Source: Capsulimonadales bacterium (GTDB lineage Bacteria > Armatimonadota > Armatimonadia > Armatimonadales > Armatimonadaceae). From it: a stretch of 64,000 bases of DNA. Of the stretch, positions 19,586-28,248 are shown in pieces. Location: positions 1-64,000 of the forward strand of contig JANRLW010000090.1 in assembly GCA_033762295.1 (NCBI GenBank), given 5' to 3'. The stretch's first letter is position 1. Each line of letters starts with the position of its first letter. Under the pieces are notes generated by a model. It was given only the letters and a program-made list of their open reading frames with translations, was not told where the DNA came from and made no database searches. The position numbers and the translations under genes were made by a program.

Positions 19586-20347
19586 TCAGGGCGCGGGACG
19601 GTACTGACGGGCGCGCTCCTCGGCTTTCGTAATCCGTTTCGCGGTCAACGGGTGGCTGCGTAAAAACTCCGGCCCGCCCCCTCCTCCGGCCTTTTCCAGT
19701 TTGCGGAACATGTCGGCCATCGCAAACGGGTTGTAACCGGCTTCGACCATGTATTTCATCCCGACCTCGTCCGATTGATCCTCATCCGTTCGGGAATAGT
19801 TCAGCTGTTGAAGGTTCAGCGCAATCCCGGCGGCCGTCGCCGCACCCTGTCCCGCCCGGGTCGCCCCGAGGAAGATGGTCGCTCCGGCCTGCTTCAGATA
19901 GGCGTCGGAAAGCTGTCGGGCGGAGTGGCGTTTCGTGATGTGGGCCAGTTCATGACCGACGACCGAGGCGAGTTCGTCGTCGCTCGTCGTCAGGTCGACC
20001 AGACCACGAAAGAAGTAGACGGGACCGCCCGGCGCGGCGAAGGCATTCACCTCTTTGGAATCGAGCAACTGCACGGAAAACGGAACATCGTAGTCGCGAC
20101 GGGCGATCGGAACCAGACGAGCGGCCACCCGACGAAGACGATCCGCCTCGGGTCCCGTCTCGACCACGCGGTACTCCCGTTCCGTTTGAGCGGCCAACTG
20201 CTGGCCCATTTTTATCTCGTCGGACTTGGAGACGATGTTCGGCAGACGTTTGCATCCCGGGGCGGTCAGGGGGAGAGAAACGATCAAAAGTCCGATCGTC
20301 CCTGCGGCGAATCGTCGACGACCGGAAAGAGGTCCGTTCCGCATCAC
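19586..20347 (-). CDS. M48 family zinc metalloprotease
   Basis: NAFAAPGG, HELAH, YSRTDEDQSD, SHP. Confidence 0.9.
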   Translation of the reverse strand: MMRNGPLSGRRRFAAGTIGLLIVSLPLTAPGCKRLPNIVSKSDEIKMGQQLAAQTEREYRVVETGPEADRLRRVAARLVPIARRDYDVPFSVQLLDSKEVNAFAAPGGPVYFFRGLVDLTTSDDELASVVGHELAHITKRHSARQLSDAYLKQAGATIFLGATRAGQGAATAAGIALNLQQLNYSRTDEDQSDEVGMKYMVEAGYNPFAMADMFRKLEKAGGGGGPEFLRSHPLTAKRITKAEERARQYRPAP

Positions 20348-20793
20348 TTCATTCCTTTCGGTTCCTTCGCGGAAGGTCGGGGCGGAGCGGGCAGGGCGGC
20401 CTGGGTCTCCTCCGGACTTCCGCCCGACGGAAACAGGCTGACCACGCGGGCGGACAGATCGGCGAACTGTTTTTTCACCTGGGAAACGGTCTGTCCCACC
20501 GGATCGCTCGGGGTTTCCGCGGACGCTTCCGTAAGGAAAGGACGCCGGCCCGACACACCGGGTTCGGAACGGTTTTTCGCGGACGGGCGAGGAGACACCG
20601 CCGTCGTGGCTCCCTGTTGCTTCAACAGATCCAGTTCGGCGCGCATTTGCATGAGCGTATAGGTGTTGTAGCCGACCGCCCCGAGAAGAGCCAGGGAGAA
20701 GAGAAAGCGGAAAAAGCCGCCGATCGCCCGGCCGAATCCGCTGCCTTTACTTCGTTTTTCCGGCGGCGCGTCGGACGCGCGCGATTTGCTCAT
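20344..20793 (-). CDS. Hypothetical single-pass membrane protein
   Basis: One TM segment plus low-complexity tail; overlaps both neighbours. Confidence 0.55.
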   Translation of the reverse strand: MSKSRASDAPPEKRSKGSGFGRAIGGFFRFLFSLALLGAVGYNTYTLMQMRAELDLLKQQGATTAVSPRPSAKNRSEPGVSGRRPFLTEASAETPSDPVGQTVSQVKKQFADLSARVVSLFPSGGSPEETQAALPAPPRPSAKEPKGMK

Positions 20794-21835
20794 CGCTGAC
20801 CCCTTTCTCAAACGAGCGGAAGCCGGCCAGTTTGAAACCGTGCCTGGCCGCAAGACGCTGCATGGTGGCGGCCTGTTCGACACTGACCGTTTTTCCCAGG
20901 GTAAAGGATTCGTACCGCCCGGTTTCCGCCGCCTCCATCGCCAGAATCATCGTTTCGGACATACAGGCATAGGCCGTCTTCGGAGGGAAGCCGAAGTTGA
21001 ATCGAAAGTTCGGATCTCCGGGAGGCGCGACTACCCCTCCCTCGATCACGAGGACGTCCTCCCGTTCCCGGGCGACCCGTCGGGAGACATCGCGCGGGCG
21101 GGCGACATCGCAGACGACCGCGCCCCGTTTCAGATGCTCCGGAAGAATAACGGCATCCGCCGACGAGGTCACCGTCACCACGATGTCGGCAAAGCGCAAT
21201 CCCTGCCCGACATCGTCGGTGACGGTGACATTCGGGTTCAGAGCGGCGATTTCCGCGCGGACAGGTTCGAGGTTGGACAGGTTACGCCCGACGAGGGAGA
21301 GGTGGGCGACTTCCGGTGCGAGAAGCAGGGCGCACGTCCGGCCAATGCTGCCGGCCGCGCCGACGACCGCGACGGTCGCCTCCGTCAGCGGCGTGTCCAT
21401 CAGGACCGCGCCCCGTTTCGCACCCTCGACGGCGGTGGCGACGGTGTAGGAGTTGCCGGTCGTGACCGCGATTCCCAGGCGTTCCGCGACCGTTTTCCCG
21501 CCGTCGCCCACCACCGATGTCAGCGCGCCCAGACCGATGATTCCTGCCCCCAGATCCTCGGCGATTCGTCCGCATCGGACCAGACGTTCGTAAACCGCTT
21601 CGGGTGGAAAGGTCAATAGCTGTTCGGGCGTCAGCGGACAGGCGATGAACCAGCCCTCCAATTCGACACCGGTCGCTTCGGAACGGATTCCGGTAATGTG
21701 GGAAGCGATTTTCGGGGACAGATGGGGGAGTACCGCCGAAAGGATCGGCGTCGGGACATAGCGGGCGATCGGGTACTTGCGAGCGACATCCCGGCGAATG
21801 TCGATCGGATGGATGATAAAGGCGAATTTTTGCAT
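20747..21835 (-). CDS. Acyl-ACP-reductase-like NAD(P)-dependent oxidoreductase
   Basis: GLGALTSVVGDGG, TTGNSYT, VGAAGSIG, DVARPRDV, YACMSETMIL. Confidence 0.8.
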   Translation of the reverse strand: MQKFAFIIHPIDIRRDVARKYPIARYVPTPILSAVLPHLSPKIASHITGIRSEATGVELEGWFIACPLTPEQLLTFPPEAVYERLVRCGRIAEDLGAGIIGLGALTSVVGDGGKTVAERLGIAVTTGNSYTVATAVEGAKRGAVLMDTPLTEATVAVVGAAGSIGRTCALLLAPEVAHLSLVGRNLSNLEPVRAEIAALNPNVTVTDDVGQGLRFADIVVTVTSSADAVILPEHLKRGAVVCDVARPRDVSRRVAREREDVLVIEGGVVAPPGDPNFRFNFGFPPKTAYACMSETMILAMEAAETGRYESFTLGKTVSVEQAATMQRLAARHGFKLAGFRSFEKGVSDEQIARVRRAAGKTK

Positions 21836-21890
21836 GTTGGCTATTGTGATGGTCGTCGGCCGTTCTCGGAAGGCCCTTGCCTGTAATATA

Positions 21891-21932
21891 CGGTTCCCGT
21901 ACCTGCCGGTTCCCGTACCTGCCGGTTCCCGT
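21891..21932. repeat. 16-bp tandem repeat, about 2.6 copies
   Basis: CGGTTCCCGTACCTGC twice plus CGGTTCCCGT. Confidence 0.85.
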
Positions 21933-21965
21933 CGGTCCCCTGTCTCCCCGTTTCGTTGTACCCGA

Positions 21966-22922
21966 TTATGTTGAAATAATTGGAGTTGCCTGTGAACGGG
22001 TCGAGAGGGAAAGCGGGGGCAACGGCCGGACGGAAGGCTCCATCCGCAGGTCCCGCACCATCCGGAGGTATCCGTCGGACGTCAATTCCCGACCGTCGTT
22101 CGCGGCGACGCAGACCGCTTCCAGAACGTTGGTCCCGAATGAGCGACCGTCGAAGTTCGGAGTGGTTGTGACGAGGAGCCGGACACCGCGACGTGCGAGT
22201 TCCGCCTCATCTTCCGGGGTGGTCGTATTGGTCAGGATCGTCTTTCCCGCCAGCAAACCGCTTTCCGGCGGGGGGAGGTAACGACGAATATAGTGGAAAT
22301 CACCGGCGATGATATCCGCCCATCCGTACCGATCCCCGTATTTCGGCGTGATCCGATCCTGACTTTCGCCCATCGGGTAAAGGAGTGCGAGCGGCATGCG
22401 CACGATCACCGGCAGAAGGAGACGGGCGAGTCGGCGCAACGGTCCGATGCCCCGTATCGGAAACGGGATGCCGAGGGCGAACATCAGGTCGCCGAAGAGA
22501 ACCTCGCCTCCCTGCGCGGCGACCGCTTCGCTCATTCCGAAACGATCCACGCCGGCGACAATCAATGTCCGGTGGCGGGCGAAATCAACAATACCCCGTT
22601 CGACCAGCCAGCGGACGGCCTCCCGCTCCAGGGTGTTTTTCAGGCCCGAACCATCGACCACCGGGGTGCGCTTCGCCGGGGCCAGAAGGCGTCGGGCGGC
22701 CGTAAACTCATAGCGTCGTCCCTCGGACCACAGATAGCGGTCCATCCCGCCGAACCCGATCGCATCGACGGTCCCGTCCAGTTCCGCCAGACGCGCCATG
22801 AATCGTCGCTGGTCTCCGTCGACGCCTTCCCGACGAATAACGAACGTCTGTCCGAGCAGTTCGAGCGTAACCGTTTTATTTCGTTTCGAGGAGCCGAGGG
22901 AAAGAGAGACGACCTGCTTCAT
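21966..22922 (-). CDS. Uncharacterised conserved protein (family often auto-labelled 'quinate 5-dehydrogenase')
   Basis: VSLSLGSSKR, VDGSGLKNTLE, DRFGM, GRSFGTNVLEA. Confidence 0.7.
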   Translation of the reverse strand: MKQVVSLSLGSSKRNKTVTLELLGQTFVIRREGVDGDQRRFMARLAELDGTVDAIGFGGMDRYLWSEGRRYEFTAARRLLAPAKRTPVVDGSGLKNTLEREAVRWLVERGIVDFARHRTLIVAGVDRFGMSEAVAAQGGEVLFGDLMFALGIPFPIRGIGPLRRLARLLLPVIVRMPLALLYPMGESQDRITPKYGDRYGWADIIAGDFHYIRRYLPPPESGLLAGKTILTNTTTPEDEAELARRGVRLLVTTTPNFDGRSFGTNVLEAVCVAANDGRELTSDGYLRMVRDLRMEPSVRPLPPLSLSTRSQATPIIST

Positions 22923-22983
22923 AGCTTCAGTCTATCGTGAAAAAAACGGAGAGCCGCAGGTCACAGGTACGTATCGGGTATGT

Positions 22984-23496
22984 ATGGAAACTATCGAGGA
23001 TACCTTACGCCGTCTGAAACAGCAGAGGGAGATGCTTCTGATGCGCGTTGCCCTGCTGGGTGATCTCCGGCAGCGTGTTCCGCCGAACTCGAAGACCTGG
23101 TCGCCCTTGCAGATCGTGGATCACCTGACCCGGGCGGAAGCGGAGTACCTGCGCTTCATCGAAGAGGGAGAGAAACAGGGGGTCGCCCGGCGTCGCCCGT
23201 CCCGGTCCCCGATGATCCCGATTCTGGTCTGGCTGATGCGAAAACGGATCTCCGTTCCGACGATTCCGAGCATGGTACCGTCCGCGGACCCCCGGTCGTT
23301 TGCGGAACTGAAATCGGAGTGGGACAGCGTCCGAATCTCCCTGATCGAGAAACTGTCCGGTTCGGACCCGAAGATACCGGTTGTGCTCAACCCGATCCTG
23401 GGGCCGATGAACGCGGAGCAGACCGTCCGCCTGATCGAGGCGCATGTCGATTACCATATGGCCCAGATCCCCGCGCCGGAGGCGGTCAGCGGATAA
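22984..23496 (+). CDS. DinB-family protein
   Basis: WSPLQIVDHL...HVDYHMAQI. Confidence 0.75.
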   Translation: METIEDTLRRLKQQREMLLMRVALLGDLRQRVPPNSKTWSPLQIVDHLTRAEAEYLRFIEEGEKQGVARRRPSRSPMIPILVWLMRKRISVPTIPSMVPSADPRSFAELKSEWDSVRISLIEKLSGSDPKIPVVLNPILGPMNAEQTVRLIEAHVDYHMAQIPAPEAVSG

Positions 23497-24421
23497 CGAT
23501 CGGGGTGGCGGTCGTCCGGGGATAAAGGACACCGACCTCGCCGGGCGTGGCATAGCCGGGTTCGTCATGCGTGACGTTCACGGACGCCGCCGCACAACCG
23601 AAGCGGGCCGCGTCGACCACATCCCGCGTTTGCAGCAGCCGGACGGCGAAGGCCGCCGAGAGCGTTTCCCCGGAACCGACCGGGTTGAAGTGGGACACGA
23701 CCGGTGGCTGAAGACGGAACGCGCCGTCGGGGCCAATCAGCAACGCGCCTTCGTCGCCCAGGGTGACCAGGACATTGTCGACGCCTTGCGCCCGAACGGC
23801 CTGCGCCTCCTGAACGATCGCGGAATCGTGCGCCAGGCTGCGCTCCGTCTGTTTCTGGAGGGTCTTGATGCTGACCTGAATGACGTAGACGCCCAGTCGA
23901 ACGGCCAGATCAAGCGCGTCTCCGGACAGGTCGGCGATGATCGGAACGCCTGCCGCCTTCGCCCTCCCGATCGCTTCACCGAACAGGCTCGCCGCATTCC
24001 CTTCCTCGGCGTCACTCATCACCAGCAGGTCCGCGTCGGGAAGGCGTTCGTCCAGTGAGGAGAGCAGTTTCGCCGCCTCGGCCTCCGTGAATTCGGGCGG
24101 TGGGTCGGGCAGTTCGGAGATAAAACCCCGCTCCTTGTCGATGGTGATGAAGCTTCCCCGTGTGGAGGCGACGACCGGCGTCAGCGCGTGCGGTACCTGC
24201 TGGCGTTCGAGCGCCTCGATCAGAAGATCGCCTAACCGTCCTCCGACGAAGCCCAGAGCGAGCGGATCACCGCCCAGAAGCCGGATGACGTTGGCCTCAC
24301 GCAGTCCGCCGCCGCCCGCCCAGGTCGCGACGCGCATCGGTTTTTGCGTCTGTCCGGTGCGGAACTGCTCGACAAGGGCGACGCGTTCGAGCGTAGGATT
24401 CGGGGAAAAGGTGAGAATCAT
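23486..24421 (-). CDS. 1-phosphofructokinase-family hexose kinase (PfkB)
   Basis: TFSPNPTLE, AGGGG, VTLGDEGA, NPVGSGE (GE where GD is usual). Confidence 0.82.
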   Translation of the reverse strand: MILTFSPNPTLERVALVEQFRTGQTQKPMRVATWAGGGGLREANVIRLLGGDPLALGFVGGRLGDLLIEALERQQVPHALTPVVASTRGSFITIDKERGFISELPDPPPEFTEAEAAKLLSSLDERLPDADLLVMSDAEEGNAASLFGEAIGRAKAAGVPIIADLSGDALDLAVRLGVYVIQVSIKTLQKQTERSLAHDSAIVQEAQAVRAQGVDNVLVTLGDEGALLIGPDGAFRLQPPVVSHFNPVGSGETLSAAFAVRLLQTRDVVDAARFGCAAASVNVTHDEPGYATPGEVGVLYPRTTATPIVIR

Positions 24422-24475
24422 GGCGGTTAGGAGGAGTGTACCGCCGTTCGCCAAAAATGCAAGCCGTGCGCGAAC

Positions 24476-24505
24476 GACCGGGCGCACTCCGGAGTGCGCC
24501 CGGTC
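24476..24505. repeat. Perfect 30-bp palindrome in a divergent intergenic region
   Basis: GACCGGGCGCACTCCGGAGTGCGCCCGGTC. Confidence 0.85.
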
Positions 24506-24594
24506 TTTAAATTTACCGGAGGTGGTGGAATAATGCAAGCGGAAACCACAGGGTCCTGAAGGAGCCTGTCCGGACTCGTTTTCGGAAGGTAAAC

Positions 24595-25299
24595 ATGCAT
24601 CTACGCGAAATAAACTTCGCCTTGGGAGTCGTCCTGGCAGCGTTTTCGTCGGTCGGTTCCGCACAGGCGCAGGCCGACTTCCCGACCGGATTTCCGCGAA
24701 AACGGTTTAGCGCCGCGATCGGAGGGCGGTTTTTCCTCGACCGGGAGGTGCGAGACTTTATCGCCGGTCGATCCGTGCTCCGAAACCTCGGATATGACCT
24801 GCTGACCATACCGTCTTCACGCCCGATCGTTTTGCAGTTCTATTATGAGAACCTGCCGGGGCAGAGCAAGGACCGGACACGACCCATCGTCCTGAATCTC
24901 CCGGAAACTTCCCCGGTGACCGTCCGCGAGGGGGAGACGGCGAAACGGGAGGCGCTCACCGGGGTGGGGATTGCCGCCCGCGTGTACTTAGCCGGAAGTG
25001 GTCGCACGACCGTTTTGCCCTACGCCGGGGTCGGCATCGGCTACTACCATGCCTCGGTTTCCGCATCGCAGGGGATTGTCCTGACCTACCCGGATGGTAC
25101 TCCGGGGTTTATCAGCGATGCCAATACGGCGGATGGGAACGGTATCGGCGGCAAGGTGTTTCTCGGGGCGGACCACCGAAGCGGCCTCTTCGGGGAGGCC
25201 GGCTATACCTTTGTCCCGAAAGCGAAACTCCGGGTTTTTCGAACCGAACGCACGTTCGATTTCGGCGGTTTCGATGTTTGCGTAGGCGTCCGTTTCTGA
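24595..25299 (+). CDS. Small outer-membrane beta-barrel protein
   Basis: Signal peptide AQA, PYAGVGIGYY, C-terminal VGVRF. Confidence 0.78.
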   Translation: MHLREINFALGVVLAAFSSVGSAQAQADFPTGFPRKRFSAAIGGRFFLDREVRDFIAGRSVLRNLGYDLLTIPSSRPIVLQFYYENLPGQSKDRTRPIVLNLPETSPVTVREGETAKREALTGVGIAARVYLAGSGRTTVLPYAGVGIGYYHASVSASQGIVLTYPDGTPGFISDANTADGNGIGGKVFLGADHRSGLFGEAGYTFVPKAKLRVFRTERTFDFGGFDVCVGVRF

Positions 25300-25306
25300 C
25301 GCGAAG

Positions 25307-25344
25307 GAAACCGGGGGAGGCGCAACTGCGCCTCCCCCGGTTTC
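25307..25344. terminator. Bidirectional terminator
   Basis: GAAACCGGGGGAGGCGCA-AC-TGCGCCTCCCCCGGTTTC. Confidence 0.75.
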
Positions 25345-25363
25345 TTTCGGCATTCTGCGGACG

Positions 25364-26572
25364 TCAGCTGATGCTGGAAACGAGTTTGAACATCGGAGCC
25401 ATGATCGAGATGGCGATAAAGCCGACGACAACGCCCATGAAAACGATCAGGATCGGTTCGATCATACTGGTCAACCCCTTGACCGTCGCATCGACTTCCT
25501 GATCGTAGAAGTCAGCGACCTTGACCAGCATGTCCGACAGGCGGCCGGTCTCCTCACCGATGTCGATCATGTGGATGACCATCGGCGGGAAAAGACCGGA
25601 ACCGGCGAGCGGGGTGGACAGGCGGGAACCCTCCCGGATGGCGTTTCGGGTATCGTAGATCGCCTTGGTAATGACCGCGTTGCCGGCCGTGTCGCCGATG
25701 ATATCCATCGCGCGCATCATCGGAACGCCAGAGGAGATCAGGACGCCGAAGGTGCGGCAGAAACGGGAAACCGCCATTTTCAGGATCAGTTCGCCGACAA
25801 TCGGCATCTTCAGCTTCATCTCGTCCAGTTTGTACCGCCCCTGCGGCGTGTTCCCGTACTGCTTGAACGCAATGAACGAGGTAACGCCGACGATCGGACC
25901 GACATACCAGTACGTGACCATGAAGTCGGACATGGCAAACAATGCAAGCGTCATCGGGGGCATTTCCACCTGCATCGAGGCGAAAATCTCCTTGAACTTG
26001 GGCAGGACGAAGAGGAACAGAGCCAGAACGATCGCCAGCGCGAAGATAAGGACGATGATCGGGTACATCATCGCCGACTTGATCTTCTGCCGGATCTCCA
26101 TCTCCTTTTCGAGGAACGTAGCCAGACGGTCGAGGATCGTGTCGAGAATACCGCCGAGTTCCGCGGCGCGGATCATGTTGACGTAGAGCTTGTTGAAGAC
26201 GCGCGGATGTTTCGCCATACCGTCGCCGAGGGACGAACCGCCCTTCAGGTCCTTTTTCAGTTCGGTGACCGCCACTTTCAGCGGAACGTCCTTGATCTGG
26301 GATTCCAGGATGTCCATGCACTTGATGACCGAGATACCGGCATCGATCATGGTGGCGAACTGCCGGGAAAAGACGACCAGGGCCTGAAGCTTGGGCGAAC
26401 CGCCGCCCGGTTTCATCGCCGCGCCAAGGACGTCCTTCTGTTCCTTGACCGACATGACGTGGAGGCGTTGTTCGTGAAGTTTGCTCAGAACCACACTCTC
26501 CGAGTCACCTTCCAGCTTCCCCCTGACCGAACGGCCGGAAAGATCCACTGCATCATAAACGTACGTAGCCAT
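25364..26572 (-). CDS. pilC: Type IV pilus platform protein (T2SS-F family)
   Basis: FSRQFATMIDAG, KIKSAMMYP, GEETGRL, IEP. Confidence 0.93.
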   Translation of the reverse strand: MATYVYDAVDLSGRSVRGKLEGDSESVVLSKLHEQRLHVMSVKEQKDVLGAAMKPGGGSPKLQALVVFSRQFATMIDAGISVIKCMDILESQIKDVPLKVAVTELKKDLKGGSSLGDGMAKHPRVFNKLYVNMIRAAELGGILDTILDRLATFLEKEMEIRQKIKSAMMYPIIVLIFALAIVLALFLFVLPKFKEIFASMQVEMPPMTLALFAMSDFMVTYWYVGPIVGVTSFIAFKQYGNTPQGRYKLDEMKLKMPIVGELILKMAVSRFCRTFGVLISSGVPMMRAMDIIGDTAGNAVITKAIYDTRNAIREGSRLSTPLAGSGLFPPMVIHMIDIGEETGRLSDMLVKVADFYDQEVDATVKGLTSMIEPILIVFMGVVVGFIAISIMAPMFKLVSSIS

Positions 26573-26623
26573 TCACTTCTCCTGAATATTCCGCTTCGTT
26601 CCTTTGCGGACCCCTACGAAAAT

Positions 26624-27916
26624 CTACTGTCCTTTTGCGAGGCGGACGAAGTTCTCCCGGTCGAGCGCGCGCAGGAGCGCCTCGTCGTAGGAAACCATTC
26701 CGTTTTTGAAAAGATCGGCCAGCACCTTATCCATTGGCTGCATGCCGAACTGCGACCCGGTTTCGATCGAGGAGGCGATCTGATGCGTCTTCCCCTCACG
26801 GATCAGGTTGCGGATCGCGGCCGTGGCGATCATGATCTCGACGGCGGCGACGCGTCCCCCTCCGAGCATCGGCAAAAGCTGCTGGGAGACGACCCCCTGA
26901 ATGGAGTTGGACAGCTGGACCTTGATCTGATCCTGCTGGTCGGGCGGGAAGACGTCCACCACGCGGTCGATGGTCGAGGGAGCGGATCGGGTATGCAGTG
27001 TGCCGAAGACAAGGTGTCCCGTTTCCGAGAGGGTCAGAGCCGCCGCGATCGTTTCCTTATCGCGCATTTCCCCGACGAGAATGACATCGGGGTCCTCGCG
27101 AAGTACGGCGCGGATGGCGTTGTGGAAACTGTCCGTATCCTGGCCGATCTCGCGTTGATTGACCATGGCCGTCTTGTGGGAGTGGATATACTCGATCGGG
27201 TCCTCCATGGTCACGATGTGAACCGGACGTTCGGAGTTGATGATGTCGATCATGGAGGCGATGGTGGTGGACTTGCCCGATCCTGTCGGTCCGGTGACCA
27301 GAATCAGCCCGGAATGCTTGTGCGTCAGGTCCTTGAGAACGGACGGCAGGCGCAGCTGGTCCAGGGTCGGGATCTTCTGCGGGATCGCCCGCATCGCGCA
27401 CCCGACATTTCCCTTCTGCCGATAAACATTGAAGCGGAACCGCCCGACGCCGGCGACTCCGTAGGAGAAGTCGAGTTCCTTGGTTCGTTCGAACCGCTCG
27501 ATGTTTTCGGAGGAGAGAATATCATATACCAGTCGCTGGGCGTCTCGCGGCGTCACCACTTCATAACGGGAGGGGCCGACCTTTCCGTCGATGCGGTACA
27601 TCGGCGGCAGACCGATCGTCAGATGAACGTCGGACGCCTTGACCTGCTGACTGTTGCGCAGGATATCGTCGATGTGGGTCTCGCTCAGCGGAATGGATCG
27701 GTTCTCCGCATCGAGATCGGAATCCAGGGTGCCCAGACCGGAGAAGGTCGGTCCGCTCTTCTGCCGGTTCGGCAACGGAAGATTGGGGCCGTCCTCCAGA
27801 AGGCCGCGCAGCAGGGAAGCGTCGTCCGCGGTGGTTGCGGCGCCGCGCCCGCCGTTTCGCGGGCCGGAACCGGGCAGCGGAGACAGGTCGTCGTCAGGGG
27901 CCATAGGCGTCAACAT
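26624..27916 (-). CDS. pilT: Type IV pilus retraction ATPase
   Basis: GPTGSGKSTT, EDPIEY, LREDPDVILVGEMRD, TLHT, AIRNLIRE. Confidence 0.95.
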   Translation of the reverse strand: MLTPMAPDDDLSPLPGSGPRNGGRGAATTADDASLLRGLLEDGPNLPLPNRQKSGPTFSGLGTLDSDLDAENRSIPLSETHIDDILRNSQQVKASDVHLTIGLPPMYRIDGKVGPSRYEVVTPRDAQRLVYDILSSENIERFERTKELDFSYGVAGVGRFRFNVYRQKGNVGCAMRAIPQKIPTLDQLRLPSVLKDLTHKHSGLILVTGPTGSGKSTTIASMIDIINSERPVHIVTMEDPIEYIHSHKTAMVNQREIGQDTDSFHNAIRAVLREDPDVILVGEMRDKETIAAALTLSETGHLVFGTLHTRSAPSTIDRVVDVFPPDQQDQIKVQLSNSIQGVVSQQLLPMLGGGRVAAVEIMIATAAIRNLIREGKTHQIASSIETGSQFGMQPMDKVLADLFKNGMVSYDEALLRALDRENFVRLAKGQ

Positions 27917-28248
27917 ATCGATGAACCTCTACCGGATTGATTTCGTTCGCTGATGATTCCCGTGTCCGTCGTCGGAAAAGGAGGTGCCGACCGGAAGAAT
28001 ACCATCCACTTCTTCGACTCCATTTTCGGTTGTTTTCGAACGTTTCCGCAGTTTTTTTCTATGCAGGTTTGGCATGGAATTTGCGTGGAAATCGCTTCGA
28101 AGGCGGTCGGAACCCGGTATTTCCAACATCCGGATTGCTCCGTTAACGCCCGAAAATCAGTTCAGCACGGGAAACGGTGTGCCGTCGCCCCCTTTGAGGT
28201 CCGAAACGACCGGCGACGCATGCGGGAAGATCAGGAGCGGTTAGGGTC

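Noticed and set aside
25571..27940. 789-aa plus-strand ORF
   Set aside because: Antisense to pilC/pilT
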